NCBI GenBank assembly: GCA_965112635.1 | Contig: OZ218778.1 | Span: 832,001-896,000, forward strand | Length of the DNA stretch: 64,000 nt | From: an uncultured bacterium | Lineage (GTDB): Bacteria > Oederibacteriota > Oederibacteriia > Oederibacteriales > Oederibacteriaceae | Direction: 5' to 3' | Part shown: piece after piece, positions 38,303 to 47,253 of the stretch | Layout: each line of letters begins with the position of its first letter | How positions within the stretch are numbered: position 1 is the first letter of the stretch | Translations under genes and position numbers: made by a program | Notes under the pieces: model-generated | Seen by the model: the letters and a program-made list of their open reading frames with translations, nothing else | What the model was told of the DNA's origin: nothing | Database searches by the model: none

Positions 38303-38698
38303 TTAAGCAGCAGCGGGCTGAACAGGAGGAACGGGTTTAGCGACCTTTGCCGGGGCAGCTTTTTTTGGTTTGCTCTTTACGGGTTTTTTAATTTTTATTT
38401 TGCGGATGGTTTTTTCAATGACCTTGTGGACCCTGACCAGGTCTTTTAAACGTCCTTTGTTGGGTTTTAATTTGAGGGAATCGGATTTTTTGATCAGGTA
38501 AGCCACGGCTTTTTTGCTCAATCCCGCGTTATCATCCAAGGCATTTTTTTGGGAGAGGAGCAAGGCGAGCTTGACCATATCCGCGTTCAATTTGACCGAA
38601 AAATGTTCCATAGCCTCGTTCACCTGGGTCCGCAGCAGCTTGACGGATTTCAGGGCCTCCAGGTATCTATTAACTTTTTTCTGTTCTTTGTTTTTCAT
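38303..38698 (-). CDS. Lys-rich hypothetical protein with a Lys/Ala/Pro tail, last gene of the ppx operon
   Basis: RBS AAGGAGG; LKPNKGRLKDL core; KKPVKSKPKKAAPAKVAKP tail. Confidence 0.8.
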   Translation of the reverse strand: MKNKEQKKVNRYLEALKSVKLLRTQVNEAMEHFSVKLNADMVKLALLLSQKNALDDNAGLSKKAVAYLIKKSDSLKLKPNKGRLKDLVRVHKVIEKTIRKIKIKKPVKSKPKKAAPAKVAKPVPPVQPAAA

Positions 38699-38728
38699 TT
38701 TAATGCCTCCTTTTAGAATTTTTGTTCC

Positions 38729-39427
38729 CTATATATAAAATTCCTCGAGTACGGCTTCAATTTTGGACCTTAGTTCAGTGTTGATGGTCTTGACCGAATG
38801 GTTGGCGTTGATCACGGTAAGGCCGTATTCTTCCTGCAGTTCAGCGAACTTTTTCCTGACCATTTTCTGGTATTTGATCATGCTCTCGAACCAGTCCCGG
38901 GAAAGCCCCAGGTCCATGCCCGACTCCCAATAATCGAGGGTGGAGTTGGACCTTAAGGTCCGGTCAATGAGCATATTTTGGGAGGCCGAGAGCAAAAAGA
39001 CCGCGTCAGGTACCAGGGCCATGGAATAGAGCGACTGGTTCCAATCCTTGTCCGCGCCCCTGACCATGTCCCTGACCATGAGCGTAAAAATATACCGGTC
39101 AGCCAGGACCACGCAGCCCGCGTCCATGGCCGGGATGATCTTGTTCTCCAGCTGATCGTAAAAATCCGTGGCGTAAAAAAGAGACATGGTCCTGGGCGAA
39201 AGCACGTTGCCTCTCTTGGCTTCGTTGAGCTCTTCGCTCACCAGGAACGACCGTTTGAGCCCCGTCTCCACCACGGCATACCCTTTTTCCTCTAGCCATT
39301 GGCAGAGAAGACGGATATGGGTGGACCGGCCTGTGGAGTCCATGCCTTCGATCACGATCAACGCCCCTTTGAGTTTGGATGGGTTCACTCCGGCCGGGGG
39401 TTTTACAAAGAACTTTTTACTTTTCAT
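38729..39427 (-). CDS. Thymidylate-kinase-like protein with a degenerate P-loop
   Basis: LIVIEGMDSTGRST (K>R), LADRY, LDYWESGMDL; ATGA-coupled to the upstream paralog. Confidence 0.85.
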   Translation of the reverse strand: MKSKKFFVKPPAGVNPSKLKGALIVIEGMDSTGRSTHIRLLCQWLEEKGYAVVETGLKRSFLVSEELNEAKRGNVLSPRTMSLFYATDFYDQLENKIIPAMDAGCVVLADRYIFTLMVRDMVRGADKDWNQSLYSMALVPDAVFLLSASQNMLIDRTLRSNSTLDYWESGMDLGLSRDWFESMIKYQKMVRKKFAELQEEYGLTVINANHSVKTINTELRSKIEAVLEEFYI

Positions 39428-40110
39428 CGCGCACCTCTTTTGTGATGTTCGGATATGTCAATCTTTTCCGTGATGATCTTCCTGACCTTGGTTTGTTGCG
39501 TGTTGATATTCTCCGTGGCATCGATCTCAACAAAACCGTATTCTTTGGACATTTTGTTGTACTGCTCCATAATTTTCCCCTGGAAAATCTTGAAGCTCTC
39601 GTTGACGTCAGGGGAAAAGTTCAGGTCCATTCCTGCCTCAAAATATTTCAATTCCGGCCGGCCTTCCAGGATGCGGCCCAGGGCTGTGTCCAGGGGAAGC
39701 TTGAAATACAGGATGATATCCGGCACCTTGGCGAATCCGTAGAGTTTCCTAAGCCAGGCCGGGTCGCAGCCCCTGACGGTATCCCGGGCAAAAGAGGTGA
39801 AGATGTACCTGTCGCAGAGGACAATATAGCCACCCTGGAGCATGGGATGGATCTGCCTTTCATACCTGTCGGCAAAATCCGTCGCGTGGATCAGGCTGAA
39901 AGTGGTCGGGGTGAGCAGGTGTCTTTTTTTGGCTTTTTTGGTGGCTTCCTTGACCAGTTCGCTGGAATTCCACTCCGTAAAGAACACCCGGTACCCCAAG
40001 CCCGAAAGCCATTTGTGCAAAAGGTACATCTGGGTCGATTTTCCAGACCCATCCAACCCTTCCACGGCGATCAATTTACCGGGGATCTTATTTTGTTCTT
40101 TTTCAGCCAT
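39424..40110 (-). CDS. Thymidylate-kinase-like protein with an intact P-loop
   Basis: LIAVEGLDGSGKST, TEWNSS (not the canonical TREP), LCDRY, LKYFEAGMDL. Confidence 0.88.
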   Translation of the reverse strand: MAEKEQNKIPGKLIAVEGLDGSGKSTQMYLLHKWLSGLGYRVFFTEWNSSELVKEATKKAKKRHLLTPTTFSLIHATDFADRYERQIHPMLQGGYIVLCDRYIFTSFARDTVRGCDPAWLRKLYGFAKVPDIILYFKLPLDTALGRILEGRPELKYFEAGMDLNFSPDVNESFKIFQGKIMEQYNKMSKEYGFVEIDATENINTQQTKVRKIITEKIDISEHHKRGAR

Positions 40111-40126
40111 AGTTTTTCACCGCCCT

Positions 40127-41692
40127 TTATTTTTTTAGCTTAACTTTCATTTTGTAAACCCTGTTGAACATCTTTGATTTTTTTTCAAAAGACCAGTCGT
40201 CCAATAGAGTTTTACCGATGGTCAGGGGCTTGATCTGGACCTGGGAGCCTTTGACCCGGACCTTGACGTCCCGCACTCTCTGTAAATGGTCCTTGTCCAG
40301 GGAATCCGCGATGCGCAGTATCGGGGAAAGATGGAGCACGGTATCCCTGTCGTTGGAACTGAGCTTCATAAACAGAGGGTGGGAAGCTTGCGGTTCGCTT
40401 TTGCGGTGATAGCGCGCGATGTTGGCCGCCACGCACATCTGCCTGGAGGATAAACTCGGCAGCTCAGACTGGGAAAGAATATACAGTGAATGTTTATGAT
40501 GGCTCTTATAGTTTATGAAAGTCCCTACATCATGGAGCATGGAAGCGGCGAGGAGTATCTTGCGGTCCTCATCGGACAATCCATGGACGAACTTCAACTG
40601 GTCAAATATAGAAAGGGACAGGCGGGCCACATGGCGGTTATGAGGTTCCTCAAAGTTGTACCTGCGTCCCAGATTGACGGCTGCGGAAAAAAGCAGCGCT
40701 TCCTGCTGTTTGCTCCGCTCTTTGTGGGTGAACAGGTCGTCGATGATGTCGTAGATGATCCCTTCTTTGAGTCCCACGAAAGGAACGAGGATGGAGGGCG
40801 AATGGTAGAGTGAGGCAATATGTTCATAGACCATGGCGGCGGGCAGGATCACATCCGCCCGGTCTTCCTTGAGCGCAAGTTTTTTCATGCGCTGAGCTAT
40901 GGTCATTTTGGAAAGCTTTTGGACCAGGTGCCTGAGCTGGGAGGTCTGGATCACGCCTGTACCGTTCCGACCTGTTTTGACTTTGACCAGATTGGCGATC
41001 TTTTCAATATTGCCTCCGGTCGCGATCAGGGAAGTGGAACGAACAGCGTGCGGGATCTTTATGATAGAGATGAAATCAGAGAGGATCTTTTTCATTTTTT
41101 CCGGATTGTTCTTGACCCGGTGGAACTCCTCCAGCAACCTTACGGCACCCACCCCTCTTGTTTCCGTCCACTGGATGCCTGAGGCATGGATCTGGGAGAT
41201 TTCAGCGCTGCCGCCGCCCAGGTCGGTCAGGATCCAGTCTTTTTTGGCCAGGGGGACTTTTTTTTGGACCGCCAGATAAACCAGCCTGGCCTCTTCGGAC
41301 CCGGAGATGATTTCTATCTTCATCCCCAGGTTCAGCTGGACCTCCTCCACAAATAACATCCCATTGCTGGCTTCGCGCACCGCGCTGGTGGCCACGGCCC
41401 GGTAATGGTGGATGTCCATGTTTTTCATTTTGAGCTGGAACGTGGAAAGCACGGCGATGGCATTTTCTATAGTGGCTTTATTGAGGGCTCCCGCCGAAAA
41501 CACGCTTTGGCCCAATCTGAGGGGCGCTCTTTCCGAATAGATAATGTTGTGGTTGTTGTGATCATAGAATTCGGTGGCCAGGAACCTGATGGCGTTGGAC
41601 CCGATGTCAATGCTGGCCACCCGGATGGGAAAGAAAAGACCGGTGCTTTGAAATTTGAACATCCTGGGCAATATCGCTTTGTGATGTTTCAT
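40127..41692 (-). CDS. ppx: Exopolyphosphatase Ppx/GppA with a C-terminal HD domain
   Basis: IDIGSNAIR, ATSAVREASN, ISGSEEARL, DLGGGSAE, RADVI, GLKEG, LHDVG, ARYHRK. Start uncertain (41698, 41692 or 41662). Confidence 0.93.
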   Translation of the reverse strand: MKHHKAILPRMFKFQSTGLFFPIRVASIDIGSNAIRFLATEFYDHNNHNIIYSERAPLRLGQSVFSAGALNKATIENAIAVLSTFQLKMKNMDIHHYRAVATSAVREASNGMLFVEEVQLNLGMKIEIISGSEEARLVYLAVQKKVPLAKKDWILTDLGGGSAEISQIHASGIQWTETRGVGAVRLLEEFHRVKNNPEKMKKILSDFISIIKIPHAVRSTSLIATGGNIEKIANLVKVKTGRNGTGVIQTSQLRHLVQKLSKMTIAQRMKKLALKEDRADVILPAAMVYEHIASLYHSPSILVPFVGLKEGIIYDIIDDLFTHKERSKQQEALLFSAAVNLGRRYNFEEPHNRHVARLSLSIFDQLKFVHGLSDEDRKILLAASMLHDVGTFINYKSHHKHSLYILSQSELPSLSSRQMCVAANIARYHRKSEPQASHPLFMKLSSNDRDTVLHLSPILRIADSLDKDHLQRVRDVKVRVKGSQVQIKPLTIGKTLLDDWSFEKKSKMFNRVYKMKVKLKK

Positions 41693-41698
41693 GAGCAC

Positions 41699-41753
41699 AG
41701 TATAAGCGCTATGTGTTTATGGGCAAGTTAGAATTATGTTAGGAGTAGGTTAG
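41699..41753 (-). promoter_or_regulatory. Pho-box-like array plus -10 element upstream of the ppx operon
   Basis: The - strand reads CTAAC-ctactc-CTAAC-ataatt-CTAAC (three perfect repeats, 11-bp period), then TATACT. Confidence 0.8.
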
Positions 41754-41923
41754 TTCCAGAATGGCCGGGGGTTGCGTATGTGTTCGCAGCGGGGACTTGT
41801 TCCCTTACAGGAACCTAGCTTGACAGTCCTGGCGGACCCGGTTAACCTGCATCCATAGTTTCCAAAAGTCTGTTGGATAGGGTGGATCCAACCACCATTC
41901 AACTTTTAACCGGGAAGGTATAT

Positions 41924-42625
41924 ATGAAAAAAACCGCGATACTATTGATGCTTTTTTTACTTTTTCCAGCGTCCTGGGCAAACTCTTTTTCCGCCCTGCC
42001 TTATATAGATCCGGGGGAATTGGAGCTGGCCAAATTTTTGGCACCGCCTCCTGCGCAGGATTCCACTCAGACCAGGAAGGAAATCGAGGAGATCCTGGCG
42101 TTCCAAAGGGCAAGGTCCAGCGAAACCGTGGCGTACGCGGTCGCGGACCAGGACATTTCCGTTTTCAGGTTTGCCGTGGTGCTGGGCACCGCTTTTAAAA
42201 AAGACAAACTTCCCCTGACCGACGCTTTTTTTGACAAGGTCCTCAAAGATATCAGGCCCATTGTCGACCAGGCCAAAGGTCATTGGAACAGGCCCAGGCC
42301 GTATATTTTCGACCACAGGGTCAAACCGTGCGTTAGGAAACCCGGAAACGCCGCTTATCCCAGCGGGCATGCTACCGCGGGAAACCTGATGGCCGTCCTT
42401 TTGGCCAACATGGTTCCGGAAAAAAACGCCCTGATCTTTGCGCGCGGCTGGGAGTTCAGCCTAAATAGGGTCATCGGCGGGGTCCATTACCGCAGCGATA
42501 TCGAAGCCGGGAGAATTGCCGCCAGCCTGATCGCGTATGAGCTGTTTAAAAAAGAGGAGTTCAAGAAAGATTTTGCGGATGCTAAAAAGGAACTGCGCCA
42601 GGTCCTGGGATGCCAAGGCCCATGA
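41924..42625 (+). CDS. Secreted class A non-specific acid phosphatase (PAP2 family)
   Basis: Signal peptide, K...NRPRP, YPSGH, NRVIGGVHYRSDI. Confidence 0.92.
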   Translation: MKKTAILLMLFLLFPASWANSFSALPYIDPGELELAKFLAPPPAQDSTQTRKEIEEILAFQRARSSETVAYAVADQDISVFRFAVVLGTAFKKDKLPLTDAFFDKVLKDIRPIVDQAKGHWNRPRPYIFDHRVKPCVRKPGNAAYPSGHATAGNLMAVLLANMVPEKNALIFARGWEFSLNRVIGGVHYRSDIEAGRIAASLIAYELFKKEEFKKDFADAKKELRQVLGCQGP

Positions 42626-42647
42626 AACCAAGGTCTATGAAGAAGAT

Positions 42648-44177
42648 TTAAGCTTTATGCACTTCACCCATGATGTTGTCCAGATGGCGGCGGAGACTAG
42701 GTTCCAGATAATCAAAGTTGATGACCCGGTCGGTCACTTCCCAAAATTCCTGTTCCTGGACCTGCTTGATCTCCTCCACCGAGGTTTGCAGGAGAGCTGA
42801 AGGGACCTTTTTCAAGGTGGCCAAAATGGCAGGATATGAAACAACGATTTTGTTTTCCTTATAGAAGGCCGCAAGGGCGAGATAGTTCTTCACTATCCCC
42901 TTAAGGGAATTTTGATTTTTGGCCAGAGGTATTTCATAAAGAGATAAAAAGACCGACAAAATTTTATCTTGTAACGGAGAGTGCTTGGTGGTCGCCTGCT
43001 CGCACAGATTTTTCAAGTCATGCGCCACGGTATCCTGGATATAAATGATCCCGAGATTTTCGGCGATCTGTCCGTAGTATTTGAAATACGACGCGATGGA
43101 CAAAGCCTTTTCCGGTTCCTGGTCCAAAACGGTTTCGGCGAAAAGGCGGTACTGGTACAACACGTTGTAAAGAGAGGAGTTGTCCCGATGATTGATGGCG
43201 TGACGCAGGTAAGTGTTGAAGAACTTGATGATGACGGTGAGAAGGTCCATGTCTTTTTCAGCAAGGGCTGCCTGGCCCAAAGACCGGGTACTAGCGGCCA
43301 CCGCCGAGGTCACGTCCTTGATGCGGTTGGTCGCGGCGCCGAAAATAAAGGTCATCTGGCGCAGGCCCTTGACCTCCAGCCAGAGGCGTTCCCGGGAAAG
43401 GACCCCTTCGACTTTTCCGCTGACCGGTATTTTCTCCTGGACGGACTCGAACCAGGCAGCAGGCAGGTCTTTCCGTTTTTTTAAATAGGTCAGCAAAACC
43501 TGCTCCAGAGCTTCCACGGCTTGAAGGCTCACCTCAGTGTCCATTTTTTCCGTGGAGGTCATGGCGATGTCTGAGAGCTCTTCCAGTTTTTTTATGGTTT
43601 CTTCCTTGGAATAGTTCAGGTTGTGGCCGGAGGTTTTTTGGCGGTCAAAAAAAGAGATGGCGGTGGTTTTGATGTTCAATATGAGCGAAGAGGGCTTTAA
43701 CAATTCAAAGACATAATAGAAGTAGGGGAGCAGAGCCCCGAAACACATGCTCATGAGGACCAGCGAGAACAGAATCCCTATGGTCGGTATAAAAAAGGTC
43801 TGCAGGCAATGGGTCAGCCATAAGCTATAAACGATAGAGATCACGAACAGGCTCAGAACAGCCCGGGTCAGGCGGTCCTTGACGAACAAGTCTATGACTT
43901 TGGCGCTATACCTGTCGGCGGTCAGTTGGACGATCAAAGCCACGACCATAAAAGAAATCCCCAAGGTCGAGGCCAAACATTGAGCCACAGAGGTCACCAG
44001 GTAGCGGGCGGTTTCCAGGTTGGCGGAAAATATCACCTCAAAAAATGACCTGCCCGGAGAGGATAAAACCAGGTCCCACAAGGTCGATATAAAGAGTAGT
44101 AAGGCGGTGACGCCCAAACTAGTGCCTGCCAAGGAAAGCCAGAAGAACCTGTCGCGAGCTGTAAAAGGTTTTTTCAT
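42648..44177 (-). CDS. Membrane protein, DUF2254-like
   Basis: N-terminal TM helices with IVQLTADRYS..VIDLF, LLPYFYYVFELLKP, then a helical domain (KFFNTYLR.AIN...NVLYQYR). Confidence 0.7.
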   Translation of the reverse strand: MKKPFTARDRFFWLSLAGTSLGVTALLLFISTLWDLVLSSPGRSFFEVIFSANLETARYLVTSVAQCLASTLGISFMVVALIVQLTADRYSAKVIDLFVKDRLTRAVLSLFVISIVYSLWLTHCLQTFFIPTIGILFSLVLMSMCFGALLPYFYYVFELLKPSSLILNIKTTAISFFDRQKTSGHNLNYSKEETIKKLEELSDIAMTSTEKMDTEVSLQAVEALEQVLLTYLKKRKDLPAAWFESVQEKIPVSGKVEGVLSRERLWLEVKGLRQMTFIFGAATNRIKDVTSAVAASTRSLGQAALAEKDMDLLTVIIKFFNTYLRHAINHRDNSSLYNVLYQYRLFAETVLDQEPEKALSIASYFKYYGQIAENLGIIYIQDTVAHDLKNLCEQATTKHSPLQDKILSVFLSLYEIPLAKNQNSLKGIVKNYLALAAFYKENKIVVSYPAILATLKKVPSALLQTSVEEIKQVQEQEFWEVTDRVINFDYLEPSLRRHLDNIMGEVHKA

Positions 44178-44370
44178 TTGTTTTTCCTAAAATTCCTTGT
44201 AGAACATGTAGTTAATTTGATGTGTCTCAGATAACTCATTAAATCTCTTAGAAAAAAATGTGGAGCCAGAATACAATTTTTCCGGAGAGGTTTCAAGCAA
44301 AAGCCTCCACCTCAAGATGTTTTGCATGAAAATGATGGATTTTTAATACGAATTTCACGGGTGATTTGCA

Positions 44371-44399
44371 TTGACAGGCCTATCTTCTTTTGGTATAGA
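44371..44399 (+). promoter_or_regulatory. Sigma-70 type promoter
   Basis: TTGACA-17-TATAGA with an extended TG. Confidence 0.7.
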
Positions 44400-44436
44400 T
44401 ACACTAATTTTTTAACCGAGGGGAGGTGAATATTAA

Positions 44437-44640
44437 ATGAAGAGGATTTTGGCCGCAATTTTAGGTTTATCCTTGTTTTTAGGCGTTGCAGCCGTTAGCT
44501 CGGCTGATATGCCAGCTGGTGTTACTTCAACTGCAAAAACCATGAAGAAAATGCCGAAAAAGTCTAAACCACATAAAATGCATAAGATGAAAACACCGGT
44601 TGCAGCAGTGACGCCTGCAGCAGCGCCTGCAACTAAGTAA
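44437..44640 (+). CDS. Small secreted Lys/His/Ala/Pro-rich protein
   Basis: SD GGAGGTG, signal peptide ending VSSA, KKMPKKSKPHKMHKMK core; has its own promoter and terminator. Confidence 0.75.
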   Translation: MKRILAAILGLSLFLGVAAVSSADMPAGVTSTAKTMKKMPKKSKPHKMHKMKTPVAAVTPAAAPATK

Positions 44641-44673
44641 AGGAAGTTGTTTTTACACTGTGTAAAAGACAAA

Positions 44674-44706
44674 GCGGGGGAGATTTATTCTCCCCCGTAT
44701 TGTTTT
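44674..44706 (+). terminator. Probable terminator
   Basis: GCGGGGGAGA-tttat-TCTCCCCCGT followed by a T-rich tract. Confidence 0.6.
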
Positions 44707-44727
44707 AGGGCTTAATTTGCAAATATC

Positions 44728-44756
44728 TTGACAAGGCAATTGGTTTTTGCTAGTTT
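44728..44756 (+). promoter_or_regulatory. Sigma-70 type promoter of the tRNA-Thr/tuf operon
   Basis: TTGACA-17-TAGTTT with a TGc extension. Confidence 0.65.
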
Positions 44757-44795
44757 AAAATCCCTTTAAAAACTATGTTTTTTTAAAGGTTTTTA

Positions 44796-44871
<76 letters not shown>

Positions 44872-44966
44872 GTGGAATATTAATTCCTCGGTCTCATACT
44901 TAATTTCAAAATGTTAGTGAATTAAAAATCCTTATCTTCGACAGAAGAAGGAACGGAGGGAGAAAG

Positions 44967-46166
44967 ATGTCCAAGGCAAAATTTGAGAGGACGAAGCCGC
45001 ATGTAAATATAGGGACGATAGGGCACATCGACCACGGGAAGACGACATTGACGTCAGCGATCACGAAGGTATTGGCGACGGTAGGGAAAGCGACGGCGAA
45101 GAGGTTCGATGAGATAGACAACGCGCCGGAGGAGAAAGAGCGCGGGATCACGATAGCGATAGCGCACGTAGAGTACGAGTCGGACAAGAGGCACTATGCG
45201 CACGTAGACTGTCCCGGGCATGCGGATTACGTGAAGAACATGATCACGGGGGCGGCGCAGATGGACGGAGCGATCCTGGTGGTATCGGCAGCGGACGGAC
45301 CGATGCCGCAGACGCGGGAGCATATCTTGCTGGCGAGGCAGGTTGGGGTTCCGTATATCGTGGTTTATTTGAACAAAGTGGACATGGTGGATGACGCGGA
45401 ACTGATCGACCTGGTAGAGACGGAAGTGCGGGAATTGCTGACGAAATACGGATTTCCTGGGGACAAGACGCCGATCGTGAGAGGGTCGGCTTTGAAAGCG
45501 ATGGAGCACGCGTGCGGGAAAGCGGATTGTCCGCAGTGCGGGTCGATCTTCAAGCTGTTGGAAGCGGTAGACGCGTATATCCCGACGCCCAAGAGAGAGA
45601 TAGACAAGCCGTTCTTGATGTCGATCGAAGACGTATTTTCGATCACGGGTCGAGGGACGGTAGTGACGGGAAGGGTAGAGAAAGGGATCATCAAGATTGG
45701 GGAAGAGGTAGAGATCGTGGGGATCAAGGACACGGTGAAGACGGTGGTGACGGGGCTGGAGATGTTCCGGAAGCTTTTGGATGATGCGCAGGCAGGGGAC
45801 AATGTAGGGGCGTTATTGAGAGGGATAGAGAAGGACGGGGTAGAGAGGGGCCAGGTGTTAGCGAAGCCAGGGACGATCACTCCGCACAAGAAATTCAAAG
45901 GGGAAGTATACGTATTGACGAAAGAGGAAGGCGGAAGGCACACGCCGTTTTTCAATGGATACCGTCCGCAGTTTTATTTTAGGACGACGGACGTGACGGG
46001 AGTGGTGACATTGCCGAAGGGGGTCGAGATGGTGATGCCCGGGGACAATATCACGATGGATATAGAGCTGATCACGCCGATCGCGATGCAGAAGGAGCTA
46101 AGGTTCGCTATCCGAGAGGGTGGCCACACGGTCGGTTCCGGCGTTATCACTGAAGTCGTACAGTAA
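44967..46166 (+). CDS. tuf: Elongation factor Tu
   Basis: [23 protein letters not shown]; full-length EF-Tu. Confidence 0.99.
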   Translation: MSKAKFERTKPHVNIGTIGHIDHGKTTLTSAITKVLATVGKATAKRFDEIDNAPEEKERGITIAIAHVEYESDKRHYAHVDCPGHADYVKNMITGAAQMDGAILVVSAADGPMPQTREHILLARQVGVPYIVVYLNKVDMVDDAELIDLVETEVRELLTKYGFPGDKTPIVRGSALKAMEHACGKADCPQCGSIFKLLEAVDAYIPTPKREIDKPFLMSIEDVFSITGRGTVVTGRVEKGIIKIGEEVEIVGIKDTVKTVVTGLEMFRKLLDDAQAGDNVGALLRGIEKDGVERGQVLAKPGTITPHKKFKGEVYVLTKEEGGRHTPFFNGYRPQFYFRTTDVTGVVTLPKGVEMVMPGDNITMDIELITPIAMQKELRFAIREGGHTVGSGVITEVVQ

Positions 46167-46205
46167 AAGGCTGCCTGGGCAGTCGATTAGTCAGGGAGGA
46201 AAGGT

Positions 46206-46355
46206 TTGAGAGAGATTATCGCGCTTTCGTGCACGGAATGCAAAAGGCGTAATTACACATGCACCAAAAACAAAAAAAAGCATACCGATCGCTTAGAAGT
46301 TAAAAAATATTGCCGTTTTTGCAAAAAGCACGTTATGCATAGGGAAGTCAAATAG
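46206..46355 (+). CDS. rpmG: 50S ribosomal protein L33, Zn-binding type (absent from the ORF track)
   Basis: TTG start after GGAGG: [49 protein letters not shown]. Confidence 0.95.
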   Translation: MREIIALSCTECKRRNYTCTKNKKKHTDRLEVKKYCRFCKKHVMHREVK

Positions 46356-46384
46356 CTGTGTATTTATCCCGCACTAGAAAATAT

Positions 46385-46461
46385 AGGCCAGTAGCTCTAA
46401 CGGCTAGAGCGGCGGACTCCAAATCCGCGGGTTGGGGGTTCAAATCCCTCCTGGCCTGCCA
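46385..46461 (+). tRNA. tRNA-Trp(CCA)
   Basis: Anticodon arm GCGGA-CTCCAAA-TCCGC, GGTTCAAATCC, encoded CCA; typical position before secE. Confidence 0.96.
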
Positions 46462-46511
46462 GAGACTTTTCCGGGAAAATCTTAAGGCATAAACTGGTTG
46501 GAGAGGGTTTT

Positions 46512-46697
46512 ATGTGGGCAAAGATCACTAATTTCATACAGGAAGTGATCGTAGAATTAAGGAAGGTCTCCTGGCCTGACCGTAAAGAAATGATCGGGTC
46601 CACTTCGGTGGTGATCTTGTCCGTGATTATCTTGACCGTGTTTATCATGGTTTGCGATTATGTTTTAACCAGAGGTTTAGGCTTCTTCATAAGGTAG
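46512..46697 (+). CDS. secE: Preprotein translocase subunit SecE
   Basis: ELRKVSWPDRKE followed by a single TM. Confidence 0.95.
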   Translation: MWAKITNFIQEVIVELRKVSWPDRKEMIGSTSVVILSVIILTVFIMVCDYVLTRGLGFFIR

Positions 46698-46706
46698 GAG
46701 GGAACA

Positions 46707-47237
46707 TTGGGAAGGCAATGGTATGTGGTCAATACTTATTCCGGTTATGAGAACAAGGTCAAAACAAATTTAGAGAACCGGATCAAGTCCATGAAAATGG
46801 AAAACAAGATCTTTAAGGTCATGGTCCCCTCGGAAGAGGTCAGTGAGACGCGGGGCGGCAAAAAGACAGTGAGCAGCAAGAACTACTTTCCCGGTTATAT
46901 CCTGGTGGAAATGGACCTGGACGAAGATTCCTGGTATGTGGTCCGCTACACCCCCAAGGTGACAGGTTTTGTGGGTTCCGGTAAAAAACCAGTTTCCTTG
47001 ACCGAGCAAGAAGTCACCGAGATCCTGGAGCAGGAAAAAGGCGAGAAGCCGCGCTTTAAAGCGAAGAGCCTCTTTGAAAAAGGGGAGCAGGTCAAAATCA
47101 TTGACGGGCCGTTCGCCAGTTTTATCGGCGCGGTGGATGAGGTCAATCCGGAAAAGGGCAAGCTCAAAGCAATGGTCACCATCTTCGGAAGGTCCACTTC
47201 GGTAGAATTGGAATTTACCCAAGTAGAAAAAATGTAG
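46707..47237 (+). CDS. nusG: Transcription factor NusG
   Basis: WYVVNTYSGYENKVK, FPGYILVEM, TPKVTGFVG, KOW domain. Confidence 0.98.
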   Translation: MGRQWYVVNTYSGYENKVKTNLENRIKSMKMENKIFKVMVPSEEVSETRGGKKTVSSKNYFPGYILVEMDLDEDSWYVVRYTPKVTGFVGSGKKPVSLTEQEVTEILEQEKGEKPRFKAKSLFEKGEQVKIIDGPFASFIGAVDEVNPEKGKLKAMVTIFGRSTSVELEFTQVEKM

Positions 47238-47253
47238 TTGAGGGAGAACAAAC

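Noticed and set aside
38729-40110. Calling the two kinase genes tmk
   Set aside because: They lack canonical dTMP-binding motifs, come as a coupled pair with one degenerate P-loop, and sit in a ppx operon.
41800-41915. Pho box for the acid phosphatase gene
   Set aside because: TTGAC (41820) and TTAAC (41842) are 22 bp apart, but the intermediate site (GGCGG) does not fit. This is too weak to call.
44195-44260. Pho box for the DUF2254-like gene
   Set aside because: Only isolated half-sites, with no consistent 11-bp array or -10.
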